Origin: Candidatus Bathyarchaeota archaeon
Lineage (GTDB): Archaea > Thermoproteota > Bathyarchaeia > Bathyarchaeales > Bathycorpusculaceae
Direction of reading: 5' to 3'
DNA length: 64,000 bases
NCBI GenBank assembly: GCA_963832745.1
Contig: CAWHVC010000001.1
Coordinates: 352,001 to 416,000, forward strand
Shown here: piece by piece, positions 11,198 to 20,640 of the stretch
How the letters are laid out: every line of letters starts with the position of its first letter
How positions within the stretch are numbered: position 1 is the stretch's first letter
Notes under the pieces: model-generated
Database searches by the model: none
The model's input: only the letters and a program-made list of their open reading frames with translations
What the model was told of the DNA's origin: nothing
Program-made: the position numbers and the translations under genes

Positions 11198-11380
11198 CTA
11201 TGTAGGCACAATATACAACGTTAAAATTATGATGTAAACTATTATGAAAAACATTAGTCCTATTATGTCAGCATCAGTAAACGCTTGACCGACAAAAATA
11301 GGCATCATAAATTTATATGTGAAAAAATCGATAAAAGGCATAACACCTAATCTTATCGCCAATGTGTAGCAACAAAGCAC
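11198..11380 (-). pseudogene. fragment of a membrane protein, possibly an ECF S-component C-terminus
   Basis: Short hydrophobic ORF without a credible N-terminus, ending TLYIVP. Confidence 0.3.
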
Positions 11381-11655
11381 ATTACCAGCTTTTTTCGGAT
11401 TTTTTTTGCTTGCAAATCTCCGCTTGCTCTGTGGTCAAAAATCTCCAATAAACGGTACAACGACAACAAAAGTAACCACGGCAGCAGTAGCAATAATTAT
11501 TGCAATAGCAATCATAGGATTTCTAATAAAGAAAAAATAACATTTCTTTTTTTTATCGGTTAATAGAAAATATTTTTTTGCAATCAAAAAAGATGCGTGC
11601 ATCAATCAATTTTCGGCTTTATGCCTTGTAGTGGATAATAAATCGACGGCAAAGA

Positions 11656-12114
11656 TTATTCTTTTAATGCAGCTAACGCTTCTTTGGCATGTTTAGTGAA
11701 TTGGAGTTGCGAAACGAAAACGTGTTTAATTTTACCATCTTTGCTGATGACGTAAGTTACCCTGCCCGGAATGCCCAATGTAGATGCAACACCGTATAAT
11801 TTTCTAACGCTGTTTGTGCTGTCGCTCAATAGGATATATGGAAGATTATGGTGACAGGCGAACTGCTTATGTGACTCTATACTTTGGCCGCTAATACCAA
11901 TGACTTCGGCATTTCTTTCTTTGAATGTTTCATAGTTATCTTTGAATGCTTGTGCTTCTTTGACGCATGTTGGTCCTTCGTCTCGGGGGTAAAAGAAGAG
12001 AACAACATTCTTTTTTCCGAAAAACTGGGACAGAGTAATGTTTTCGCCGGTGCTTGATGGCAGGGTAAAGTCTGGGGCTTTGTCGCCGATTTTGATTTTA
12101 GCCATTTTATTCAC
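11656..12114 (-). CDS. bcp: peroxiredoxin, BCP/PrxQ family
   Basis: [28 protein letters not shown]. Confidence 0.9.
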   Translation of the reverse strand: MNKMAKIKIGDKAPDFTLPSSTGENITLSQFFGKKNVVLFFYPRDEGPTCVKEAQAFKDNYETFKERNAEVIGISGQSIESHKQFACHHNLPYILLSDSTNSVRKLYGVASTLGIPGRVTYVISKDGKIKHVFVSQLQFTKHAKEALAALKE

Positions 12115-12253
12115 CTTTGTTGTTTATATGTAAGGTTTGGTTTGGAATAAAAAGGGTTCATTGGTTTTTTGAATTTTGGATAATGTTTCTTGATGGTTTA
12201 TTTAGCAACTTTTTTAAGCATAAATGCATATATTATAATATGGTGATAAACAT

Positions 12254-12529
12254 ATGAAATATTCTAAAATCGTTATTGCCCTGGGAGTCATTGCCGCGTT
12301 GACCCTGGCATTTGTAGGATTAGCAGCAGCCCAAAAAACAACTAACCAAACAACCACGAACACAAACACGCCCAACCAAGCCTCAAACAACGGCGTCTGG
12401 GGATGGATAGGCAACTGCTTCGGATACGGAGCAAACCAACCATACACCGGTCAATATGTAGCACCGCAAGCACCCTAGCAAGGTGGCTATTACAACGGAT
12501 ATGGTTATGGACCCTGTTGGGCAAGATAA
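12254..12529 (+). CDS. small secreted Gly/Tyr-rich protein with an in-frame TAG at 12476-12478
   Basis: Signal peptide; Gly/Tyr-rich sequence continues in frame past TAG (QGGYYNGYGYGPCWAR) to TAA at 12529. Confidence 0.6.
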
Positions 12530-12663
12530 ACTAAAGCCACGCTCGCTAAAACCGATACCTAACTAGCAAAACCATGTCACAAGAATACGCGACTTTTTTC
12601 CTTAAGTTTCATTACCCAAGCTTTTGTTTATTTGCGATAATTAAGTTATAAACTGTGATAAAA

Positions 12664-12740
12664 TGGTGCGGTAACCGGGATTTGAACCCGGGTCCTAGAC
12701 TTGGCAAGCCTATGTACTAACCAAGCTGTACTATTACCGC
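12664..12740 (-). tRNA. tRNA-Gly (GCC)
   Basis: Cloverleaf GCGGTAA...TAGGC-TTGCCAA-GTCTA...GGTTCAAATCC...TTACCGC-A-CCA. Confidence 0.97.
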
Positions 12741-13000
12741 ATACAGCGTATTTCAACGCAACAATCTAAAAACTCCCTAATAAACTATAGTTTTTAGTTT
12801 TAACAACTTTTCTATCGTACGATAAGAAAAATTAACACTTCAAAATAAAATGCACTAAAAGTAGGACAACGGAACGATGATTTTGAACAGACCCACTAAG
12901 CAAGCCCAAGTGGCATGAACACCCGCCATACTTACAACTCGAATTTAATTCTCAGCCTCAAACCCCCGTTTAAAATTTTATAAGCTGCCTCGATGTTGCT

Positions 13001-13951
13001 TTGTTGAGTGTGCAGCTTTTGAGTTTGGGTATTATTGGTCTTGGAAAAATAGGCAGCAATTTAGCACTTCAATGCGTTGATAAGGGCATACCGGTTGTTG
13101 GAATAGACACAGCAGACAAAACTGAATTGTCCAACAAAGGCTTCAAAATCACCAAGACCCTTCAAGAACTCGCCAACGCTCTAAACCACCCCCGCATTAT
13201 CCTGCTATATCTCCCTGCAGGAAAAATCATCGACCAAGTAATCACCGATATCTTGCCATTCATTGAAAAAGGCGACGTCATAGTGGACGGAGGCAACTCT
13301 TACTTTAGAGATTCTGTTAGACGAGAAGCGGAGCTTTCGGAAAAGGGCATATTTTTTGTTGATTGTGGAACAAGCGGAGGCATAAATGGCGCCCGATATG
13401 GAGCATGTTTTATGGTGGGCGGCAAGCTTGAAGCCGTTGCCATAGTTGAGCCAGTGTTGAAGAGGTTGTGTGTTGAAGGCGGCTTCTTACATACGGGTGA
13501 ACCCGGCAGTGGGCATTATGTCAAGCTAGTTCATAATGGGATCGAGTTTGGGATGCTTCAAGCAATAGGTGAAGGAGTAGAACTTCTAAAAAACGGTGAC
13601 TACTCGGTTGATTTGGCTGAGGTTTTTAGGGTTTGGTCTAATGGGTCGGTTATTAGAGGTTGGCTAGTTGAATTGATGACCCAAGGCTTGCGGGAACAAA
13701 ACGGTTTAGAGAAGATTTCTGATTTTGTTGAAGACACAGGCGAGGTTAACTGGCTTGTTGAAGAAGCAATCAAAAAGGAAATACCTGTTCCAGTAATCAC
13801 TCAGTCTGTGCTTGAACTTTTTAGGTCAAGACAACGATGCAGTGATGCAGCTAAGGCAGTGGCGGTTATGCGGCACGGTTTTGGTGGTCACCCATTTGGA
13901 AGAGATGAGTATATTGCTAAAGAAAGAAAAGAATCAAAAATAAAACGCTAA
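13001..13951 (+). CDS. gnd: 6-phosphogluconate dehydrogenase (decarboxylating), short YqeC-type
   Basis: GLGKIG, VDGGNS, DCGTSGG, GHYVKLVHNGIEFG, RHGFGGH. Confidence 0.93.
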   Translation: MLSVQLLSLGIIGLGKIGSNLALQCVDKGIPVVGIDTADKTELSNKGFKITKTLQELANALNHPRIILLYLPAGKIIDQVITDILPFIEKGDVIVDGGNSYFRDSVRREAELSEKGIFFVDCGTSGGINGARYGACFMVGGKLEAVAIVEPVLKRLCVEGGFLHTGEPGSGHYVKLVHNGIEFGMLQAIGEGVELLKNGDYSVDLAEVFRVWSNGSVIRGWLVELMTQGLREQNGLEKISDFVEDTGEVNWLVEEAIKKEIPVPVITQSVLELFRSRQRCSDAAKAVAVMRHGFGGHPFGRDEYIAKERKESKIKR

Positions 13952-14065
13952 TTGCCAAAACTATTCGTAAAACCAAAAAATTCTGCTGAAAAGAACCAAA
14001 ACACCCCTTACAGGGCTACATTTTTCTTTTTCTAAGTAATTTGATATATGATTTGATGTTATTGA

Positions 14066-14602
14066 TTGGTTATGGCTTTCCAGCTTATCCCCATGCCAAT
14101 ATCCATACTTTTTGCAGTAGTATTTTTTGTTGCAATAACGTTTGCTCTTTGGAAGTTGCGACGGAAAGGAAAAATTTACGGGGTTATGTTTAAGGTTGTT
14201 GCTGTTTTTGGCGTGGCTATCTTGGCAGTTTTAGTTGTTATGGCGATTTTTCAGGTGCCAGTTGCTCCGGGAAAGGTTGAGATTTCTTTAACCACGAATA
14301 AATCGACTTACGTTTTAGGCGAAGGAGTGGTAATCAAATTTGACGTTAACAACATGAATGATTGGGCGGTTCCGGGACCAACAAACATAGTTTGTGTAGT
14401 CGTTCGAGATAACGTTCACGTTGGATTCTTTAATATTCAAAATTCTTATTCAACTTATGCTCCTAATTCGGTTGTCACTTATCAGTTTGAACACCAAAAT
14501 TACTTTACTACCCCAGGAAACTACACAATAGGTGTAACCTTAGAAGGAGACGTCAATTACAGTCCAACCAAAGAAGTAAAAATAACAACATATCCCGCAT
14601 AA
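14066..14602 (+). CDS. membrane-anchored protein with Ig-like C-terminal domain
   Basis: Two TM helices followed by a beta-rich domain (TNKSTY.LGE, PGNYTI). Confidence 0.65.
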   Translation: MVMAFQLIPMPISILFAVVFFVAITFALWKLRRKGKIYGVMFKVVAVFGVAILAVLVVMAIFQVPVAPGKVEISLTTNKSTYVLGEGVVIKFDVNNMNDWAVPGPTNIVCVVVRDNVHVGFFNIQNSYSTYAPNSVVTYQFEHQNYFTTPGNYTIGVTLEGDVNYSPTKEVKITTYPA

Positions 14603-14679
14603 AACCTGCTTTGTTGCTGACCAACATCAGTCACATATCTTTATGCTTGCCTCAAAGTTTCCTTTTTTGGTGAAAAATT

Positions 14680-15102
14680 TTGGTATTAGGTGAAAAATTG
14701 TTTGAAGGCAAAGGCAAAAGTGGACCCGGATTTATAAAATGGGTTGGAATGGAAGGCATCGCCCAGATGTATACGTGGACTGCAAACGTTAAAGGCATGG
14801 GCAAAGCTACGGGCGCAGAATGCATGATTTCTGTAACCGCAAAAAGTATGACGCCGCCAAAAGGCGTAGGCATGGCTAAAGATCAAGGCATCTTCCGGAC
14901 AACCACTGGCGACATGGGCATCATAAAAGGAATGGATATTGCAAAAATGGCGGAAGGCAAAACCATCAGCGTTGGCCTATGGAGTTTCATGACATCCTCA
15001 GAAAAGCTTGCTTGGATGAACGATTTAATTGCTGTTGCAGAGTTTCAAGCACTGGACCCGATGTGGCAGGATTTTAACATTAAAATCTACGAGTGGATTT
15101 AA
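14680..15102 (+). CDS. hypothetical protein
   Basis: 140-aa ORF with GGTGA Shine-Dalgarno-like site upstream. Confidence 0.7.
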   Translation: MVLGEKLFEGKGKSGPGFIKWVGMEGIAQMYTWTANVKGMGKATGAECMISVTAKSMTPPKGVGMAKDQGIFRTTTGDMGIIKGMDIAKMAEGKTISVGLWSFMTSSEKLAWMNDLIAVAEFQALDPMWQDFNIKIYEWI

Positions 15103-15959
15103 GGCTTTTTTTGAGTTAGCAGGCTTATGCCTAAAACGGGCATAACGATTATCCACCAATCAACTAGGCTAATCCAAGTCCAATAAGCAGGTGAAAAAGC
15201 AGAAACTATCAGGAAAACTCCGATGTAAAGACCCATCAAAACTAAAGCTACACCAAACAATCGGTTGTCAAAGGTTAGTTTTTGTTTTCTTACAATCGTC
15301 ATAAACGCTGCAGCCATCAAACAGGTAGCTACCAACAAAGTAACCGCTGAATTCGCAAAACCCACAGCAAAAACTGCATCACCAAAATTGAACGATGGCA
15401 AAGCATACAGTGCCAAAGCAAAATGTTTAACCCATAAAGCAAATGTGAAGCTGATTATTGACAACGCAAGCCATCTTGCCGCTTGTGCTAATTCTAAGGC
15501 TGGTTTTCTTAGGGTAAAGTATAGTTTTAGGAAAATTGGCGTTACAATCAACAGTTGACCTGCGTATGATAATGCCGCGCCTAAAGTTGCATTTGACATG
15601 GGTCCTGTTAACAAATAGATTATGAATGGCAGATTGAACAGGTAGTAGATTCCTTCAAGCAGTACACTTTTGCGTAGAAGCGAGATTGAAAACGTTTTTC
15701 TGAACAGCAACATTGCGGTAAAACCTACAAAAAAGCATGTGCCGATGAAGCGAAGAATAACGCCGACCTCGCCGATTAACTCTGAACATAGCCAGAATAC
15801 AGGTCCAGAAAGCGAGCCTTTTGCAATCAACCCAAAAACTGTTTGGGCAATATGGATTTCTGCTTCAATTGAATTGGCTAAAATGAGCAGCTGGTAAACA
15901 AAAAAGGCTACGGCAACTACTAAAATGAATGGCGCTTTAGCTTTAACTTGAGAAGTCAT
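15099..15959 (-). CDS. hypothetical multi-pass membrane protein
   Basis: 286-aa hydrophobic ORF. Confidence 0.75.
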   Translation of the reverse strand: MTSQVKAKAPFILVVAVAFFVYQLLILANSIEAEIHIAQTVFGLIAKGSLSGPVFWLCSELIGEVGVILRFIGTCFFVGFTAMLLFRKTFSISLLRKSVLLEGIYYLFNLPFIIYLLTGPMSNATLGAALSYAGQLLIVTPIFLKLYFTLRKPALELAQAARWLALSIISFTFALWVKHFALALYALPSFNFGDAVFAVGFANSAVTLLVATCLMAAAFMTIVRKQKLTFDNRLFGVALVLMGLYIGVFLIVSAFSPAYWTWISLVDWWIIVMPVLGISLLTQKKP

Positions 15960-16005
15960 TAATTTTGTATATACATTGTCTTGGGCTTAAAAGGTTTAAA
16001 CAGGT

Positions 16006-16377
16006 CTACGTGTCAAACTTTGACAAATAAACTGCGTTCCCTTCTTTAAACGCCCTCAAGAGTTCGCAATGCCGCAGAACAGCAAATTCCCTAGTAAATT
16101 CTTCCTCAGACATTTTCAATTCAACTATATATTCTGCCCTGTTTACTTTGCCGCGTTCAATAACAGTTTCGTAAATTTGTTTTTGCAGTTCGCTCAAACC
16201 GTCCGTTCCTGACTGCCCCAACTCTTTACGAACGTTTAAGGTGGAGGATACTGCTGTTGGATCACAGATTTTGGTTGTATCCATCATGTCAAAGCAGCAG
16301 TCTTCGCACAATGTTTTACCTTGATAAGTGTAAGATTGCTCTTCTTCAAGTTTTACGCCACATTTTTCGCAGTTCAT
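16006..16377 (-). CDS. zinc-finger plus winged-helix-like hypothetical protein
   Basis: CEKC...LCEDC, CDPTAV, REFAVLRHCEL. Confidence 0.8.
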   Translation of the reverse strand: MNCEKCGVKLEEEQSYTYQGKTLCEDCCFDMMDTTKICDPTAVSSTLNVRKELGQSGTDGLSELQKQIYETVIERGKVNRAEYIVELKMSEEEFTREFAVLRHCELLRAFKEGNAVYLSKFDT

Positions 16378-16763
16378 ACGTTTTACCCAGAAAGTAGCAT
16401 TGTGGCAAGTTATTTTTTGTTTTCTAATCTTTTAGCCAAAAAAAGCATGAAGACTTTAAATATCCAAAACCAATTTGCCGAATAGGTCTATTTGGTGTCT
16501 AATCACCAATCATTGCAGAAAACGTAGAGGAGGGTAGCTCGTCACCAACCTATTAGGATTCTAATAAGCTCCAAATAGGTTGGTATGAAAAGTAAAGCAC
16601 TGGGCGGCAATTAACAGCAGCAAAGTCGGGCAATAGCTTACATGTTTGCTCTTTTTTGTGTTGCTTAAATAGTGTATACCAAAAGCAACTTAACAGCGTA
16701 AACCAATAAGAAATAATGAGGAAATTTTGTATTTTTCTGTAACCCCGGATGGAGTTGTAAAGT

Positions 16764-16946
16764 TTGACCGCAAAAAAACCACGAAAAGAAATAAACTCAA
16801 CGCCTATCGAGGAAATTTCAGCAAACAACCGCGACAGGCCACCAATAAATCAAGCCCAAAACCCTATGCATGAGGCAGAAATAAAAAATGAACGCGAAAG
16901 AATCTATGATGAGTTAAAGAAAAAAGACCAAAAAATCAAAAAGTAA
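16764..16946 (+). CDS. small hypothetical protein
   Basis: 60-aa charged ORF with GGAG upstream. Confidence 0.45.
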   Translation: MTAKKPRKEINSTPIEEISANNRDRPPINQAQNPMHEAEIKNERERIYDELKKKDQKIKK

Positions 16947-17293
16947 ACTAAGTCAATTTTAAACCTACCCTCATAGGTTTCAGCATAGAACCGCGAATAG
17001 GCGGCAAATAGGCTGATGCAAGCAGCGTTAACGTTGACTTTGCAGTTTTCTTGGGTAAAGATTGACTTAAAATAGCTATTTGTTGTACCTTGATGGGTTG
17101 AGTGTCATGTATGGGAAAATGGGTTTGGAGCTACTCTATGGGAATGTTCAACCCACCAAGGCACCAAAAGATTTCTGTTGGGTTGCCCTGTTTCTCTCAA
17201 GACTACCTGTAACTGGTTTCTCTGAAATAAGAGTTGTACAAATAGAATATTTAGAAACAATATAACTATGCATTCAGCTATTGCTATCAGTGA

Positions 17294-17700
17294 TTGACGG
17301 TCAAAATGAGCAAAGATGCCATAAACAGGCTTTTCCCCAAGCAAGCAGATAACGAGTTTAAAGGCGCTAAAATAATTGTTTCAGTATCCTTCATTATTGT
17401 AATATTCACGATCGCAAGAAGCCTGATTCACATTTTTGCTCCAGACGGCAGAGCCTTTAGCATTGCAGGAATCGACATGTCAATTGCAGGCGGCGCCAAG
17501 TAGTGTTTCTGCGTTACAAGAGTCTAATCCCATTCATGTAACGTAATCGTTTAGCAGAATACTTGAGAAGAGTCTAATCGGATTAGCAAAACCCTTAACA
17601 ACCACACACATTCCATCAGGAGCAATCGAAGACTACAGAATAATTCCCTTAGCCATTGCAATGCTGATTTTTTTATTGATTACCAAAAAAAGTAACAGGA
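17294..17700 (+). pseudogene. degraded membrane-protein gene
   Basis: Coding-like N-terminus (RSLIHIFAPDG.A.SIAGID) followed by stops and frameshifted hydrophobic remnants. Confidence 0.5.
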
Positions 17701-17701
17701 T

Positions 17702-18094
17702 TCAATTGTGAACCAATTCATATGCGCGTTGTATATTTTCATAATTTACAAAGTTGCCCATTATCGAAACTTCTTTAACACATCCATCCGCTCGATACTG
17801 CAGGTAAAGAACCCTAAAGAGCGCAAAACAAGTTCTCTTGCTGCAGACTAACGAATTGTAAGGAACTACAAACCTAAATTTGCCCCTTAAAGTAACCCCG
17901 TACACCTGCTTGTTTGTCACTGTAATTATCGTATTGTTTTGTTGGGTCATGACAAAAAAGCCGGGACGACTAAAACACACGCTAACTCCCCAAGGACCAA
18001 AGGTCAAAAGCTGCTTTTCCTCAAACGATAAGGTTTTCCGCAAAATGGACAAAACCTGTTTTGAGCACCTACTTTGCCGCCACAGTTTGGGCAA
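17702..18094 (-). CDS. hypothetical protein (PH-like beta fold possible)
   Basis: 130-aa ORF. Confidence 0.5.
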   Translation of the reverse strand: MPKLWRQSRCSKQVLSILRKTLSFEEKQLLTFGPWGVSVCFSRPGFFVMTQQNNTIITVTNKQVYGVTLRGKFRFVVPYNSLVCSKRTCFALFRVLYLQYRADGCVKEVSIMGNFVNYENIQRAYELVHN

Positions 18095-18360
18095 TAAAAA
18101 TTCTGTTCTCGCTCAAAAGTCAACTACACCAAAACCCTTAATTTAACAGTAAGTTTAACGCACATAGAAGTTTATCTCTTCTCATAAAGGGCGGTCATAC
18201 AAATACAAGTTGATAATTTTCCCTTTACTCAAAATCGGCACACTTTTTTCAAAGTAATGCTGCCAAAAAATGGGCTGAAAAGAAATATCCAATGGATTGA
18301 GGCTTTCAATTGGTTAAAAAAGTAAGCGAAACAGCTGCAATTTACAAGAAAGAAAGTAAA

Positions 18361-18497
18361 TGGTGGGGCAGAGAGGATTTGAACCTCTGACCAACGGGTA
18401 TCTACAGCTCCAGAACTTCGTCATTCCCCAAAGGGTCAGTACCAAATTCTGTGATACTTCTGGAGCCCGCCGTAATACCGGGCTATACTACTACCCC
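18361..18497 (-). tRNA. tRNA-Trp (CCA) with 60-nt intron at 37/38 (18400-18459)
   Basis: GGGGTAG acceptor, GCGGG-CT-CCA-G^intron^A-CCCGT anticodon arm, GGTTCAAATCC, encoded CCA. Confidence 0.93.
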
Positions 18498-18614
18498 ATA
18501 CCACTACAGTTTTTAATAATTTAGCACTCAGATATTTATACATAACACCATAGCAGATAGAACTTTGAATAGACGTTTTGCCCTCGTTTTCGTTTACCGC
18601 TCTGTTCACCGCAT

Positions 18615-18674
18615 TACCAAAAATTGTTAACTCAATTTTTTGGTAGTTTTTGTTGGGACTCTAACCCTTAGAGT
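18615..18674. promoter_or_regulatory. two inverted repeats upstream of the ABC operon (candidate operators)
   Basis: TACCAAAAATTG-N6-CAATTTTTTGGTA and perfect ACTCTAA-CCC-TTAGAGT. Confidence 0.35.
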
Positions 18675-18741
18675 TGCCTTTGAGTTTCTGTTCTTAATGT
18701 TAGGGCTATATCCTTAATCTCCTTCAGTATTTTCAGAGAAT

Positions 18742-19698
18742 ATGGAAGCAAAAAAGATGCCAACAATAGAAGCAGTCAATTTAACCAAAACGTACGGTGC
18801 ATTTACAGCCCTCTCAAATCTAAACCTAAAAATTGGAGGTACAAAATGCGTCGGTTTCCTTGGACCAAACGGTTCAGGAAAAACAACTACATTAAAAATG
18901 TTCACTGATTTAATCAGGCCATCCAAAGGAGAAGCCCTAATTAACGGCGTAAACGTGCATACCCAAAAGAAGAAAGCCCTTGCATCCGTAGGCACACTTA
19001 TTGAAACTCCTGAAATTTATGCTTCACTTACACCCAGAGAAGCGTTAACCATGATTGCTGAGATTCGAGGGGTACCACGTGAAGAAAGAAAACAACAAGT
19101 GGAAGAAGTCGTCGCGGAAGTCCGCATGGAAGAATGGATTGACAAACGTGTAGGCAAATTTTCTAAGGGCATGAAACAGAGAATTTGCATCGCATCGACG
19201 TTACTCAATAACCCTACAATTATCCTTTTAGATGAACCTACAACTGGACTTGACCCCCGCGGAATGAGCGAAGTCAGAGACATCATCAAATCGCTAAAGG
19301 GCAAAAACAGGCTCATCTTCATGAGTTCACACATTCTAAGCGAGGTTTCCGATGTGTGTGATGAGGTTGCTATGATAAATCAGGGTAAACTAATCGTTTA
19401 CGATACTCTGTCTAACGTTACCGCCAAGTTTTCAGGAGGAAACAATGTTGTAGAAGTTGGCCTGCAACATCCAGTAGACAACCAAATCGTAACCAAAACT
19501 ATTGCTGCTTTTCCAAACGTTATTAAAACCGAAAAAATTGACGACAAAAACCTCAAGATTAGTTTCACTGGAGGCTTAGACGTGCAAGAGCAACTGCTCA
19601 GCGAGGTAGTCAAATTGAACATTGGAGTTGTCAGCTACAAAGCTGCTTCATCTGAACTTGAAGAAGTTTATCTTAAACTCATAACCTCAACGCTGTGA
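18742..19698 (+). CDS. ABC-2 type transporter ATP-binding protein
   Basis: GPNGSGKT, FSKGMKQR, LLDEPTTGLDP, SSH. Confidence 0.95.
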   Translation: MEAKKMPTIEAVNLTKTYGAFTALSNLNLKIGGTKCVGFLGPNGSGKTTTLKMFTDLIRPSKGEALINGVNVHTQKKKALASVGTLIETPEIYASLTPREALTMIAEIRGVPREERKQQVEEVVAEVRMEEWIDKRVGKFSKGMKQRICIASTLLNNPTIILLDEPTTGLDPRGMSEVRDIIKSLKGKNRLIFMSSHILSEVSDVCDEVAMINQGKLIVYDTLSNVTAKFSGGNNVVEVGLQHPVDNQIVTKTIAAFPNVIKTEKIDDKNLKISFTGGLDVQEQLLSEVVKLNIGVVSYKAASSELEEVYLKLITSTL

Positions 19699-20540
19699 TA
19701 AACATGACCCAAACATTACTTGAAACAAAAAACGCGGTTCCCAGCAGCTTTGCACAAGTCACCATAACCACAAAGTACACGCTTCTTGACTACATAAGGT
19801 CCCGCAGATTCTATATACTGTTAGCAATAACACTTAGCATCAGTGCACTTTTAACGTTCGCAGTTGGATACTACCGCCCTGAAGAATTTCTTGCCTCAGA
19901 CCTAACGTTCTATTCTGGTTGGTGGGGAAACACGGCAACCTTTGTAGTTGTGCTTTCAGCAGTTTTCTTCGGAGGCGACGCAATTTCAGGAGAATTCCAA
20001 AACAAAACCGGCTACTTCGGCGTTCCGAACCCAATCAGACGCTCTTCGATTTACATTGGAAAGTGGCTGTCCGCATTCATTGCGTCCACGGTCATACTGG
20101 GCATATTCACCGGTATAACTGTGGCTAACGGTGCATACTATTTTGGTTCAGTGCCAATAGAGTTCGTTGAATCGGTTCTTTTCTCATGGTTCTATCTTGT
20201 TGCAGTTCTTGGCTTTACGTTCCTGTTCAGTTCACTGTTCAAAAGCAGTTCCTATGCTATCCTTGTCACTGCAATCTTGTTCCTGTTCGCATTCAACATA
20301 ATAGAATTAGTAGTCACACTACTTATACATGTTGAACCTTGGTTCCTACTCAGTTATGGCGCAGGAATAATTGGAAATATACTGACAGTACCTTATCCAG
20401 TTCATGAGGTATCAATACCGCAAAGCGCAATCACTATGTACAGCGTAACTGTTCCAGAAGGACTCACAATCATTGCAGTATACTTTATAATAACCACAAT
20501 ACTTGGCTTAGTGCTGTTCGAAAGAAAAGAGTTCAATTAA
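19695..20540 (+). CDS. ABC-2 type transporter permease
   Basis: DAISGEFQNKT..P..R..IYIGK, six TM, overlaps the ATPase stop. Confidence 0.9.
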   Translation: MINMTQTLLETKNAVPSSFAQVTITTKYTLLDYIRSRRFYILLAITLSISALLTFAVGYYRPEEFLASDLTFYSGWWGNTATFVVVLSAVFFGGDAISGEFQNKTGYFGVPNPIRRSSIYIGKWLSAFIASTVILGIFTGITVANGAYYFGSVPIEFVESVLFSWFYLVAVLGFTFLFSSLFKSSSYAILVTAILFLFAFNIIELVVTLLIHVEPWFLLSYGAGIIGNILTVPYPVHEVSIPQSAITMYSVTVPEGLTIIAVYFIITTILGLVLFERKEFN

Positions 20541-20554
20541 GTAAAAGTGGCGCC

Positions 20555-20581
20555 GGTCGGTTCAAATCCCGACGACCCACC
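20555..20581 (+). other. tRNA 3'-end-like remnant (T-arm plus acceptor strand), possible old att site
   Basis: GGTCGGTTCAAATCCCGACGACCCACC with no 5' tRNA half upstream. Confidence 0.45.
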
Positions 20582-20640
20582 CCTAAATTTTAGCCAAAAG
20601 CGGTTTCCAAAGAAACGCATATTGCCGTTTTTTTCAGCCG

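Noticed and set aside
12860-12970. Possible box C/D sRNA upstream of gnd
   Set aside because: No convincing RUGAUGA/CUGA pair at proper spacing
17518-17579. Direct repeat AAGAGTCTAATC
   Set aside because: Only two copies within a decayed coding region; not an array
20548-20555. TGGCGCCG as the left att of the tRNA-Asn element, implying a 43-kb island
   Set aside because: Only 8 bp match and no int(C) follows; compatible with chance
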